Positions 7,733-16,091 of a stretch of 38,875 nt of DNA are shown one piece after another. This stretch comes from Rhodocyclaceae bacterium (GTDB lineage Bacteria > Pseudomonadota > Gammaproteobacteria > Burkholderiales > Rhodocyclaceae). The stretch's first letter is position 1; each line of letters starts with the position of its first letter. The notes below the pieces were generated by a model. It was given only the letters and a program-made list of their open reading frames with translations. It was not told the DNA's origin and searched no databases. The position numbers and the translations under genes are program-made. Location: assembly GCA_035331665.1 (NCBI GenBank), contig DAOLKI010000001.1, forward strand, positions 1-38,875, given 5' to 3'.

Positions 7733-9046
7733 TCAGGCGACCTGTGCCTCGCGCACGGCCTTGCGGCCGATCAGGCGGTAAACGGTCATGTTTCCCTTGC
7801 CCTTCAGGTAGATCGTCTGCGGCTCGTGGAACTCGAAATTCTCGTGCAGGCGGCGGTAGGTGGTGGTGTCGCACTGGACCATCCCGGGTACGCCCTCGGT
7901 CGTGATGCGGCTGGCGATATTCACCGTATCGCCCCACAGGTCGTAGATGAACTTCTTCTTGCCGACCACTCCGGCCACCACCGGCCCGGTACCTATCCCG
8001 ATGCGCACCTCCAGGTGCGAGGTATTGACCGCGAAGTCCCGGTGCAACAGGTCGCGCATGGCCACCGCCATGTCCGCGATGGCCGCGGAGTAGTCCCGCG
8101 GCCCGTCGTTCAATCCGCCGGCCACCATGTACGCGTCGCCGATGGTCTTGATCTTCTCGAGCCCGTAGCGTTCTGCCAGTTCGTCCCAGGCCGAGAAGAT
8201 CCGGTTGAGCATCGAAAACACCTCCCCGGGAGACATGCCGGCGGCCACCTGGGTGAAATTCACGATATCGGCGAACATGACCGTCACATCGGCGAAGCCG
8301 TCGGCGATGGTCTCGTCCGAGTTCTTCAATCTTTCCGCCACGGGACCGGGCAGGATGTTCAGGAGCAGACGCTCGGACCGGTCCTGCTCGATCTGCAGCA
8401 GATGGTGGGCTTCCCGCAGTTTCTCCTCGGTCTTCTGCTTCTCCTGTATGGAAAATCGCAGCAGCATGTAGATGATGGTCGCCACGGCGACGAAGTTGAG
8501 CGCGAAGAACACCACGCTCGTTCGCACGGGCACGGCCGTCGCCTGAAGGCTTGCGACGTCGGCGAGCACGAAGTCGAAGGCGCCCGAGAGCAGGGTCAGG
8601 AAGGCCCACGCGAAGAACCAGGCCACCGACTCCCGTACGCCGAAGAAAAGGATGGCACCGACGGGCGCCAGGAGGCCCCAGAGGATGATGCCGCTCGCCG
8701 TGATGAAGTTGCCGATGCTCCACTGCACGGCAAAGGGCGCGAACAGGAACAACGCCAGTTGCGTGACCCGGAAGAAGTCGAAATTGCGGCTCGCCACGTA
8801 GAGGACGAGGTTGGCGGTCAATGCCAGCTGGAACAGGAAGGGATAGGTGGCCGACAGCTGCGGTCCGAGCATCCAGTACAGGGCCAGCCACAGCATCGAC
8901 GCCGCACTGACGAGGCCGGTGGCGAAGACCAGGAGGGACTTGTTGAGGCGCTGCTCCTCGCTGTCGCCCGGCTCCACCCCCGCATTGCGAAGTCGGGCCA
9001 GGAATCCGTCTCTTCTTCTGGCGGCGAGGGATTGGGGCGCGGACAT
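7733..9046 (-). CDS. membrane-anchored class III adenylate cyclase
   Basis: About six TM helices, then a CYCc domain with VTVMFADIVNFT, KIKTIGDAYM and IYDLWGDTVNIASR. The Lys in KTIGD and the Asp in YDLWG are the adenine-specifying pair. The start is taken at ATG 9046 (MSAPQSL...); ATG 9163 is an alternative. Confidence 0.85.
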   Translation of the reverse strand: MSAPQSLAARRRDGFLARLRNAGVEPGDSEEQRLNKSLLVFATGLVSAASMLWLALYWMLGPQLSATYPFLFQLALTANLVLYVASRNFDFFRVTQLALFLFAPFAVQWSIGNFITASGIILWGLLAPVGAILFFGVRESVAWFFAWAFLTLLSGAFDFVLADVASLQATAVPVRTSVVFFALNFVAVATIIYMLLRFSIQEKQKTEEKLREAHHLLQIEQDRSERLLLNILPGPVAERLKNSDETIADGFADVTVMFADIVNFTQVAAGMSPGEVFSMLNRIFSAWDELAERYGLEKIKTIGDAYMVAGGLNDGPRDYSAAIADMAVAMRDLLHRDFAVNTSHLEVRIGIGTGPVVAGVVGKKKFIYDLWGDTVNIASRITTEGVPGMVQCDTTTYRRLHENFEFHEPQTIYLKGKGNMTVYRLIGRKAVREAQVA

Positions 9047-9202
9047 GATGTGGGCGTTGCGTTTCAGCCGATTAGTCTCGCAGGAAGCCCAATGCCGGTC
9101 AAGGCGCCCATCCGCCCCGAACGTGGCCAAGTCCCTTTCCCGGAGCATGCCGTCATCGCGCATGTGGTAGCGGGTGGCATGCGTCGCCGGGATGCGACGC
9201 CG

Positions 9203-10030
9203 TCACGGCAGTTGGCCGGCGGCGATCATCCGGTTGTACAGGATATTCGGCGACAGCCAGGCAACGATGTCGTCGAACTCGCCGTCGGTGCTCCCCGCGG
9301 CCGTCGGCGGATGCGAGACGAAGGCCGGATCCGCCGCGGGCGCCGCGGCGTTCGGGTTCGGGTTGTGCTGCTCGCCCGTACCTGTCCCGCCGCCTCCGCC
9401 TGTGCGCCCGTTGGGCCCCAGCGAGTAGATCACCGCCACGGCGTTGTCGGTCAGTTTCCCTGCCGTGGTGCAGGTCGCATGGCCGGCGGCAGTCGCCAGA
9501 TTGGTGGTCCCGGGATTCTGCACGGCCGATCCCGATGCGCAGACGCTCAGGAAGGTATTGGAGGCGAGGAACGAGGCCAGGCCGTCGAGTTTTGCGTTCT
9601 TCATCCCGTTGGCGGTGGTGAAGGCATTGGCCACCGCATTCACCGTGCCCGGATACACCGCATAGCGGATGGGGCGGTTCCACGCATCCGTGGCGAAGCC
9701 CTGCGCGTTTGTCGGGGTGACGCCAAGGGTGACCGCGGGCACGAAACCGGAGTAGGGCGCAACACAGGCGCCGCCGCCGGACGGATCCTCCACGCCGGCG
9801 CTCGCTGCCGTCGCCGGGCAGGGGAGGCGGCCGTGGGAAGCGGCGAAGCCGATGACCGCCTCGCGGATGTCGGCCACCGTCTTCTCCGTCTCGCCCAGGG
9901 CCCTCAGGTCCGACTGGGTGGAGATCGGGATCAGCATTCCGCCGAGGAGCAGCGCGACGATCAACAGCACGACGGCCATTTCCGTCAGCGTGAATCCGCC
10001 GCATGCGGCGCCGCCCGTGTCTTCCCTCAT
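9203..10030 (-). CDS. minor pilin-like protein (prepilin cleavage/methylation motif)
   Basis: 275 aa starting MREDTGGAACGG/FTLTEMAVVLLIVALLLGG, with Glu at +5. It also has an LPCP...C module and a Gly-rich stretch. Its start overlaps the stop of the upstream gene (ATGA at 10027-10030). Confidence 0.8.
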   Translation of the reverse strand: MREDTGGAACGGFTLTEMAVVLLIVALLLGGMLIPISTQSDLRALGETEKTVADIREAVIGFAASHGRLPCPATAASAGVEDPSGGGACVAPYSGFVPAVTLGVTPTNAQGFATDAWNRPIRYAVYPGTVNAVANAFTTANGMKNAKLDGLASFLASNTFLSVCASGSAVQNPGTTNLATAAGHATCTTAGKLTDNAVAVIYSLGPNGRTGGGGGTGTGEQHNPNPNAAAPAADPAFVSHPPTAAGSTDGEFDDIVAWLSPNILYNRMIAAGQLP

Positions 10031-12282
10031 CGCGTCTTCAGTTTGAAGTCGGAAACCGTGTACCGTTGGCCTACCGTGGACTGGCCCACCGTGAAGCCGA
10101 CCCAGAAATTGCGGAACACCTGCACCGTGGCCCGCAGGTCCTGGAGGGTGACCTGGTCGCGGAGGTAGATGGTGGGCGGCAGCAGGATGCTACCCGACTC
10201 GAGCCAATTCGCCCAGGACGTACCCGAGAAATCGACCGCCACGTTGTCGATGCCGGGGAAGTCGGTCGCCTCCGCGCTCTTCACCACCCAGACCTTGACG
10301 TCGTAGGTGCCCGTGCCGCGCCCGCCGACGCCGGACGGCGGAGTATAGGCGCGGACGATGTCCATGCGCACCAGGAAGGTCCGGTCGCTTGCGGTCGGGC
10401 AGACCGTGGAACTGTTCAGACAGGTCAGGGTGGCCCGCTTCGTCGAGAGCGGACTGGTCAAGGTCGGGAAATCCGGACCGAAACTGCCCTCGTTGGTGGA
10501 TGATGGCGACGCGGCGTGGTGCACATTGTCATCATCGACCGTCGTGAAGCTGTTCCAGTAATGCAGCGCCACGTGGTTCGCGTTCGTGTCGGACCTGTCC
10601 GCGTTGTTCTGCGTGTCGAACTCGAGGCCGATCTTGGAATAGACGACGGGGCTGGAATACGGGATGCCGAGGGCATTGGCGTTGGTGCCGGCATATCCGA
10701 GGAACCGGCCACCGTTGCCGCACATGGCCGTGGTGGCATTGCTGCTGCTGTCCGCCAGGGTCAGGGTGAATCCCTGGCCCGGGGTGTCGTTCTCGATCCG
10801 GAACTTGAAGTAGGCGCGGATGCCGGTACCGAACGGGACCGTCGTGCCGTACCAGGTGCAGCCGAACAACTGGCCGGTGACCAGCGCATATCCCGTATCG
10901 GCATCCGTGTGGCCCGTGGTGGCATTGTCATTGCCGAGCACGAGGGTTTCGCCGCTGCGGTTGACCAGGGACTGGGTGCCGCCGACGCCGACGATGCTTA
11001 GTGGCGCAGTGACATCGGTGAAATCGCCCAGATCGCGCTGGAAGGACACTTCCGGCGGATTGAGGCAATACATGAGGTCCTGGGAGGCGGCGAGCCGAGG
11101 ATTGGTGATCGTCAAGGTGGACGGCCCGGCGAAATCCGTTCCGGTACCGGTGAAACTGGTCAGATTCGCACCTTCGAGAAAACTTCCCGGCGAGGCGGCT
11201 TCGCCAGCGGTGCGCGGGCCGCCGGCGACTCGTTCGCCGGCGAAGAGCAGCACACCCGTGCATGCGCCGCCGTTGAGACACTTGGTCTTCTGGTTGGTGC
11301 ACACGGAATAGCGATATTGGTTGTACCAATAGGGATAGTATTGGGGTGACGTGGCGCTGTTCGGGAAGGTTCCCGGAGCGACGGTTGCCGCAATCGTCCC
11401 GGAAAGCTTCGTCCCCGCGGCGGCGGCGACGGCCGGGGCAGGCAGGACCGCGCGTCCCTCGAAATCGAGCTTGATGTCGTTGCCGAGGGACGACAGGTGA
11501 GTCGCGAAATCCGCCCGGGCCTTCAGGGCCGTGAAGATTTCCTTTGGCGAGATGGCGAGCACCCGGTCATTATTCGTGCCGCTCGACGACTCGCCTTCCG
11601 TCACGTTGACGGTGCCGAGGGCGACTCCGCCGGCCCCAAACGGGGCCGACTCCAGGTAAGCGGCGAAATTCGCGGCCGTGTCGGCACCGCAGGACCGCGT
11701 GGCCGTCTCGGCAGACCGGGACTGGCCCACCAACGGGCTCCCCGGAGCGAACACGACAGCCGCGCCACCGCCCTCGCCATCCCCCGGGGTCGATCGGATC
11801 GTCCCGGTGGCCGTGGCCAGATGGAAATTTCCTTGCATATCCCAGGTGAAAGGCGCTGCCGCCGCGGGCGAGTTCTTGAAGTTCGCTCCGACGCCGTACC
11901 AGAGACAGGCGCCGGTTTCGTCCCGGAGCGGTTCCAGGCCGAGGGTCTTGTAGGGGAGATATCCGACGACGGTCTGGCCGGACGTTCCGCAGGGAGGGTC
12001 CGCGATTCCGTCGCCGTCCGTGTCCGGGCAGGGCAGGTAGCCGAACATGCTTGTGGGATGGGCGTCTCGGTAGGTGGCCGCGTAGCCGAGCAACGCCTGT
12101 TTCGCCGTGGCCAAGGCCTTGAGGCCGACTTCCTGCCGCTGTGGGGCGGCCGGCAGCGACATCTGACGAACCAGAAGGAAGAGAACGCCCGCCCCGAGAA
12201 TCGCCAACAAGGCGAGAAGGGCGTATCCCCCCTCCGCCGATGACCGGCCGGGCTGGGAATGCCCCGTGGTCCTGTCCGCCAT
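10027..12282 (-). CDS. large non-canonical pilin-like protein with a C-terminal L-type lectin/ConA-like domain (MshQ/GspK-like candidate tip protein)
   Basis: 751 aa. The N-terminal hydrophobic helix (GGYALLALLAILGAGVLFLL) has no Glu at +5. An LPCP module is shared with the next gene. The C-terminal 341 aa carry lectin-like strand motifs (see the domain feature). A GAGG SD lies upstream. Confidence 0.7.
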   Translation of the reverse strand: MADRTTGHSQPGRSSAEGGYALLALLAILGAGVLFLLVRQMSLPAAPQRQEVGLKALATAKQALLGYAATYRDAHPTSMFGYLPCPDTDGDGIADPPCGTSGQTVVGYLPYKTLGLEPLRDETGACLWYGVGANFKNSPAAAAPFTWDMQGNFHLATATGTIRSTPGDGEGGGAAVVFAPGSPLVGQSRSAETATRSCGADTAANFAAYLESAPFGAGGVALGTVNVTEGESSSGTNNDRVLAISPKEIFTALKARADFATHLSSLGNDIKLDFEGRAVLPAPAVAAAAGTKLSGTIAATVAPGTFPNSATSPQYYPYWYNQYRYSVCTNQKTKCLNGGACTGVLLFAGERVAGGPRTAGEAASPGSFLEGANLTSFTGTGTDFAGPSTLTITNPRLAASQDLMYCLNPPEVSFQRDLGDFTDVTAPLSIVGVGGTQSLVNRSGETLVLGNDNATTGHTDADTGYALVTGQLFGCTWYGTTVPFGTGIRAYFKFRIENDTPGQGFTLTLADSSSNATTAMCGNGGRFLGYAGTNANALGIPYSSPVVYSKIGLEFDTQNNADRSDTNANHVALHYWNSFTTVDDDNVHHAASPSSTNEGSFGPDFPTLTSPLSTKRATLTCLNSSTVCPTASDRTFLVRMDIVRAYTPPSGVGGRGTGTYDVKVWVVKSAEATDFPGIDNVAVDFSGTSWANWLESGSILLPPTIYLRDQVTLQDLRATVQVFRNFWVGFTVGQSTVGQRYTVSDFKLKTR
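10030..11052 (-). other. lectin-like (legume/ConA-type beta-sandwich) domain of the 751-aa protein
   Basis: The ordered motifs are FKFRIENDTPGQGFTLTLAD, GGRFLGYAG, KIGLEFDTQNNADRSDTNANHVALHYWNS and FWVGFTVGQSTVGQRYTVSDFKL. They parallel the legume lectin pattern F.F.I...ADGlaFfl / G..LG / vAVEFDT..N..D...HvGIdvNS / V.vGFSa.TG....h.i.sW.F. Confidence 0.55.
11989..12030 (-). other. Cys-bracketed DxDxDG calcium-binding-type loop in the 751-aa protein
   Basis: Hand translation gives C-P-D-T-D-G-D-G-I-A-D-P-P-C (aa 85-98). DTDGDGIAD fits the DxDxDGxxD Ca-loop pattern. Confidence 0.4.
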
Positions 12283-12290
12283 GGGCCGCC

Positions 12291-12725
12291 TCAGTCGGCG
12301 CGGCGCACCGATTTCCTGACGACGCCGCCGCCCAGGCCGTCGTTCTTCTCGCGCGTTGCCCGGTTGATGGACTCGCCGACCTTGAGGCGCGCCGGAACCT
12401 CGTCGCTCGCAGTGAGGACGGCCTCGGCGGGGTCGCCGGGACGCACTCCGACGGTCACGCCGGTGCCGACATCGCGGTGGTACTGGGGCATGCCACTGAC
12501 CCAGACCGTGTCGTGGCCGCTGGATCGCCGGACGGTGCCGTCCAGGCTCATCACGGCGCCCTGCAGCGTCTGGGTCTGTTGAACGTTGGCCTGACGCTGA
12601 CGCTCCAGGGACGCCCGCCGTTCCGGGGAAAAGAACAGCCTCCCAAGGGGTTCGGCCGCTTCGGCAATGGGCGGCACGCCGAGAGCCAGAGCGACGAGGA
12701 CCGGCAAGAAGCGAACCTTGCTCAT
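12291..12725 (-). CDS. small secreted/periplasmic protein (MshK/PilP/GspC-like position)
   Basis: The internal ATG at 12725 gives MSKVRFLPVLVALALGVPPIAEA/AEP, a signal peptide. This ATG overlaps the upstream stop (ATGA at 12722-12725). I recognise no family motif. The ORF-track N-terminal extension is Arg-rich and overlaps the upstream gene. Confidence 0.5.
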   Translation of the reverse strand: MSKVRFLPVLVALALGVPPIAEAAEPLGRLFFSPERRASLERQRQANVQQTQTLQGAVMSLDGTVRRSSGHDTVWVSGMPQYHRDVGTGVTVGVRPGDPAEAVLTASDEVPARLKVGESINRATREKNDGLGGGVVRKSVRRAD

Positions 12726-13336
12726 TTGCGCTCCCGGATGGTGATCCACTCGATGATGCAATCCGCCTTCAACTGCGCCGCGTCGGGGCGTTCGGCGCCT
12801 CCCGTTGCGGAGATACGATCGACGGTGCAACTGCGCACGTGCAGGAGGGCCTTGGATCTTGCGCCAAGATCGCGGACGAGCCCGAGCAGGTCCTCCTCGT
12901 GGAGCAGGCGCATCTGCAGGTGCATCGTGCTTCCCATGAATTCGTACCCGCCCGCGGCGGCACCGTCGGGCAGCAGCACCGGATCGACGGGTTTCTGGGG
13001 CAGGATCTCGTATTCGATGTCGAACAGCTTGCGGTTGGCCTTGATCCGGGCGATCTCTTCCACCCAGGCGAGGCGTTCTTCCCGACCGATCAATCCGCGC
13101 CGGGTGATGTCGAGATAGCGCGCGATCTTTTCCCGGATCTCCTGTTCCTCGTCGGTGGCCCTGGAGAGCTTGCGTTGAATCTCCTGCCGCTGGCCGGCCA
13201 CTGCCGCCTCTTCGCGCAGGACGGCCTGTACCTGGACCCGGGCGAGCCAGGCCAGCAGCGCGCCCGCCAGGACGAGGCCGGCGCAGGATGCCACGCTCCA
13301 GCGCAGTCGCAAGAGGTCCGCGAACAGGGCCTGCAT
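12722..13336 (-). CDS. bitopic assembly-platform protein, GspM/PilO/MshJ-like
   Basis: 204 aa with one N-terminal TM (VASCAGLVLAGALLAWLA), a coiled coil (REEAAVAGQRQEIQRKLSRATDEEQEIREKIARY) and then a globular part. There are ATGA overlaps at both ends. The assignment rests on architecture and position only. Confidence 0.5.
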   Translation of the reverse strand: MQALFADLLRLRWSVASCAGLVLAGALLAWLARVQVQAVLREEAAVAGQRQEIQRKLSRATDEEQEIREKIARYLDITRRGLIGREERLAWVEEIARIKANRKLFDIEYEILPQKPVDPVLLPDGAAAGGYEFMGSTMHLQMRLLHEEDLLGLVRDLGARSKALLHVRSCTVDRISATGGAERPDAAQLKADCIIEWITIRERK

Positions 13337-14880
13337 CAGAGTTTCACCGCAATGCGCAGGGTGAAGCGGGGACGTTCCGCCACCGCGCGCCCCTCGCTGC
13401 CGCTGCGCAGGGACTTCCCGGATTCGACCTCGAAAGGCATGCTGAGCACGTCCACTTTCAATGCGGTGTCCTTGCGCAAGAGGTCGGCCAGGTTTTCGAC
13501 AGCGGTCAGCTGCGCCCGCCGGTCGGACGCCATGGCCGACGGAAGGCTCGCCGCCAGATCAAGGATTGCGTAGGCGGCGGTTCCGGATGGATGGGGTGCC
13601 TCGGTGCGCGGCGACGCCGTCGAGGATTTCTCTCCCTCGGGATTGTCCGTCACCGACCACGCGAGGCGGTCGAGCTCGATTCTCGGATCTTTCAGCAAGG
13701 CGCTGCCGACCGCGGCGAGGAGGCCGTCGGGTGCGGGGCTGCGCCGGGTGACCTCGTCGAACTTGCGGACCAGGAGCCGCAGGTCGTCGTTGCCCAACGG
13801 CACCTTCGGCAGTCCGCCCAGTATGCCGGCGTAGCGTTGCTGGTCCGTTGCGATCTGGGCCTTCAGGGCGTCGACCCGCGACTGCAGGTTCATCTGCTCG
13901 ACGAGCACCTTGCCGGAATAGAGCAATGCGCCCGCGAACAGCACCGTACCCGTCGCGAGTATGGCCGAGCGCAGCCGCCAGAGCTTGAAGAATCGCCTTT
14001 CGTCGCCATGGGCGAACTGGGCCTTCGGCACCTGGCGCATGAGCAGGTGCATGAAGAGGAGTTCGGCATGGGAGTCGGCCGGCAACGACCGCAGGCGCCA
14101 CCGCCGGGCCTCGTGCGCAAGGTCGGCGACCTCGTAGGCGAGATCCTCCGTATCCCGGCAGCGATTGCGCAGGGATGCGGCCTGGCCCGGATGGGCGAGG
14201 ACGATGGTGGGCAGCCGGGTACCGCGGACGACGAGACGCTGGGCGACAAGGTACTGGTGAATCTTGGCCGATTCCAGCGCCGCCGAGTTTGCCATTTCCT
14301 CGACGGTATCCACGGCCAGCACGGTGAGGCGGGAGAACCGCAGGCGACCGTTCTCGAAAAAGGTCTGCCGCAGGCCACCCCGCGTGAAACTGATCAGGAG
14401 GAACTGGCGGCGGCCTCCCGCGAGAGCGGTGGCGAGCGACTCCGCCACCAGCGGCACCGAGAAGACCCCCGCGACCCGGCATTCCGCGGCCCGCAGGGCG
14501 ACCAGCCAGGGTTCGAAATGCTGCGGCCGGGTGAGCGCGGTCAAGAGGATGCGCTCGTCCCTTCGGCCTTCGGGGAGCCTGCCCTGGGAGATCGCGACCG
14601 AAAGCTGGGATCCGTAGAAATACTGACCGAGCTTGCGGGTGAGCAGCGCCGTGCGGTCGGCGCCCCGGACGTAGGGAATGTCCTCGAGCTGGAATCCTTC
14701 CTCCGACACGTCCGCCAGCAGGTGGAACAGGCCGTTGCGCCGCTTGTGCAGGTAGGCCGCGAACCGTTCGACGCCTGCGCCGTCGGTGCCGAATTGTCCC
14801 TCGGGTTCGAGCAGGCCCTCGTGCCAGCGAAAGGCGTCGAGGCGCGAGCCGTCGAGGAAGAGCACGAAACGGGCGGGCAT
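13336..14880 (-). CDS. GspL/MshI-like (PilM-PilN fusion-like) assembly-platform protein
   Basis: 514 aa. There is a cytoplasmic domain of about 290 aa, one TM (AILATGTVLFAGALLYSG), a coiled coil (QSRVDALKAQIATDQQRY) and a periplasmic domain. It is translationally coupled to the GspF-like gene (ATGA at 14878-14882). The assignment rests on architecture and position. Confidence 0.5.
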   Translation of the reverse strand: MPARFVLFLDGSRLDAFRWHEGLLEPEGQFGTDGAGVERFAAYLHKRRNGLFHLLADVSEEGFQLEDIPYVRGADRTALLTRKLGQYFYGSQLSVAISQGRLPEGRRDERILLTALTRPQHFEPWLVALRAAECRVAGVFSVPLVAESLATALAGGRRQFLLISFTRGGLRQTFFENGRLRFSRLTVLAVDTVEEMANSAALESAKIHQYLVAQRLVVRGTRLPTIVLAHPGQAASLRNRCRDTEDLAYEVADLAHEARRWRLRSLPADSHAELLFMHLLMRQVPKAQFAHGDERRFFKLWRLRSAILATGTVLFAGALLYSGKVLVEQMNLQSRVDALKAQIATDQQRYAGILGGLPKVPLGNDDLRLLVRKFDEVTRRSPAPDGLLAAVGSALLKDPRIELDRLAWSVTDNPEGEKSSTASPRTEAPHPSGTAAYAILDLAASLPSAMASDRRAQLTAVENLADLLRKDTALKVDVLSMPFEVESGKSLRSGSEGRAVAERPRFTLRIAVKL

Positions 14881-16082
14881 CAGATCTTCAGCTTGGTGAT
14901 CACGTCGTAGATGGGGCCCAGCACCGAGAGCATGACCCAGCCCAGGATGAGGCCGACGATCAGCGTCATGGTCGGTTCGATCATGGCCTGGACCCGCTCG
15001 ATGGATTCCCGCACGTCCCGGTTGTAGAAATAGCCGACATTGACCAGGGCGGTGTCCAAGGCGCCGGTGTTCTCCCCGACCCGCAGCATGCGCACGACCA
15101 GTGGCGGGAACAGCCCGGCATTCTGGAACGCGACGGTGATGTTTTGTCCTTCCGCAATCATTTCGCCGATGCGCTGCAACGCCTCCTTGACGGCGACATT
15201 TCCCACCACGTCCTCCGTGGCGCGCAGGGATTCGATGATCGAGATGCCGGAACCGTAGAGCATGGCGAAGACGCTTGCAAAGCGGGACAGGATGATCTTG
15301 CGCAGGATCTCACCGAGCCACGGAATCTCCAGCTTCAGCGCGTCGAAGCGGCGGCGGGCGCCCGGATGGGTGCGCACCGCGACCAGCAACGTCACCACGG
15401 CGAGGACCGGGATTCCGAGCACCAGGTACCAGTAATCGACGAACACGTCGGAGACGGCGATCAGAAGCCGCGTCTGGATCGGGAGTTCCTGCCCCATGTT
15501 TCGGATGAACGCCGCCATCTTGGGGACGAGATACGTCATCAGGAACAGGGTCACGGCGATGACGATGGTGCCCAGGAAGGCCGGGTAGGTCAGCAGCTTT
15601 TTCGTATGGGCGGCCAGTTCGTCCTGCCACTTCAGGGATTCCACGAGGTTGCGCAGGACGGCCGGCAGGTTGCCCGAGTCCTCGCCGGCGCGCACCAGAC
15701 TCACGAACACCCCGTCGAACACGCTGGGATGCTCCTGCATCGCCTGGGACAGGGTCTTGCCGCCCTCGATGCTCTCTATCATCCCGGCGATGACTTCCTT
15801 GAAACGCGGGTGCACGATGCTGTCTCGCAGATCCGTCAGGCCCTCGAGGATCGGCACGCCGGAGCGGGTGAGCTGTTCCAGGTGGAAGCAGAAGTTGATC
15901 AGTTCGCGACGGGATACCCGGACACCGGCCATCAAGCCCTGCTGGCGCACCGGACCCCCATTGACGAAGTCCAGTTCCATGCGCTTCAGGCGCATTTCCA
16001 GGTCCACGATGTTGATGGCATCCATGCGCCCGGCCACCAGGCGGCCGCCGGCATTCATCGCCTTGTAGAAGTACAGGGCCAT
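14880..16082 (-). CDS. mshG: type IV filament inner-membrane platform protein (GspF/PilC/MshG family)
   Basis: 400 aa with two GspF-type repeats (FCFHLEQLTRSGVPILEGL... and FASVFAMLYGSGISIIESL...) and three TM regions. It is adjacent to the assembly ATPase. Confidence 0.9.
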   Translation of the reverse strand: MALYFYKAMNAGGRLVAGRMDAINIVDLEMRLKRMELDFVNGGPVRQQGLMAGVRVSRRELINFCFHLEQLTRSGVPILEGLTDLRDSIVHPRFKEVIAGMIESIEGGKTLSQAMQEHPSVFDGVFVSLVRAGEDSGNLPAVLRNLVESLKWQDELAAHTKKLLTYPAFLGTIVIAVTLFLMTYLVPKMAAFIRNMGQELPIQTRLLIAVSDVFVDYWYLVLGIPVLAVVTLLVAVRTHPGARRRFDALKLEIPWLGEILRKIILSRFASVFAMLYGSGISIIESLRATEDVVGNVAVKEALQRIGEMIAEGQNITVAFQNAGLFPPLVVRMLRVGENTGALDTALVNVGYFYNRDVRESIERVQAMIEPTMTLIVGLILGWVMLSVLGPIYDVITKLKI

Positions 16083-16091
16083 GGGGATTCG

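Noticed and set aside
7726-7735. Palindrome TGACCGGTCA between the kinase and cyclase genes.
   Set aside because: It is simply the two convergent stop codons (TGA and TCA) around CCGG. It is too short to act as a terminator or operator.
9181-9200. Hairpin GCGTCGC-CGGGAT-GCGACGC right after the minor pilin stop, considered as an operon terminator.
   Set aside because: The stem is only 7 bp and no U-tract follows on the minus strand. It cannot be distinguished from a chance GC-rich inverted repeat, so whether the cyclase gene is co-transcribed is left open.
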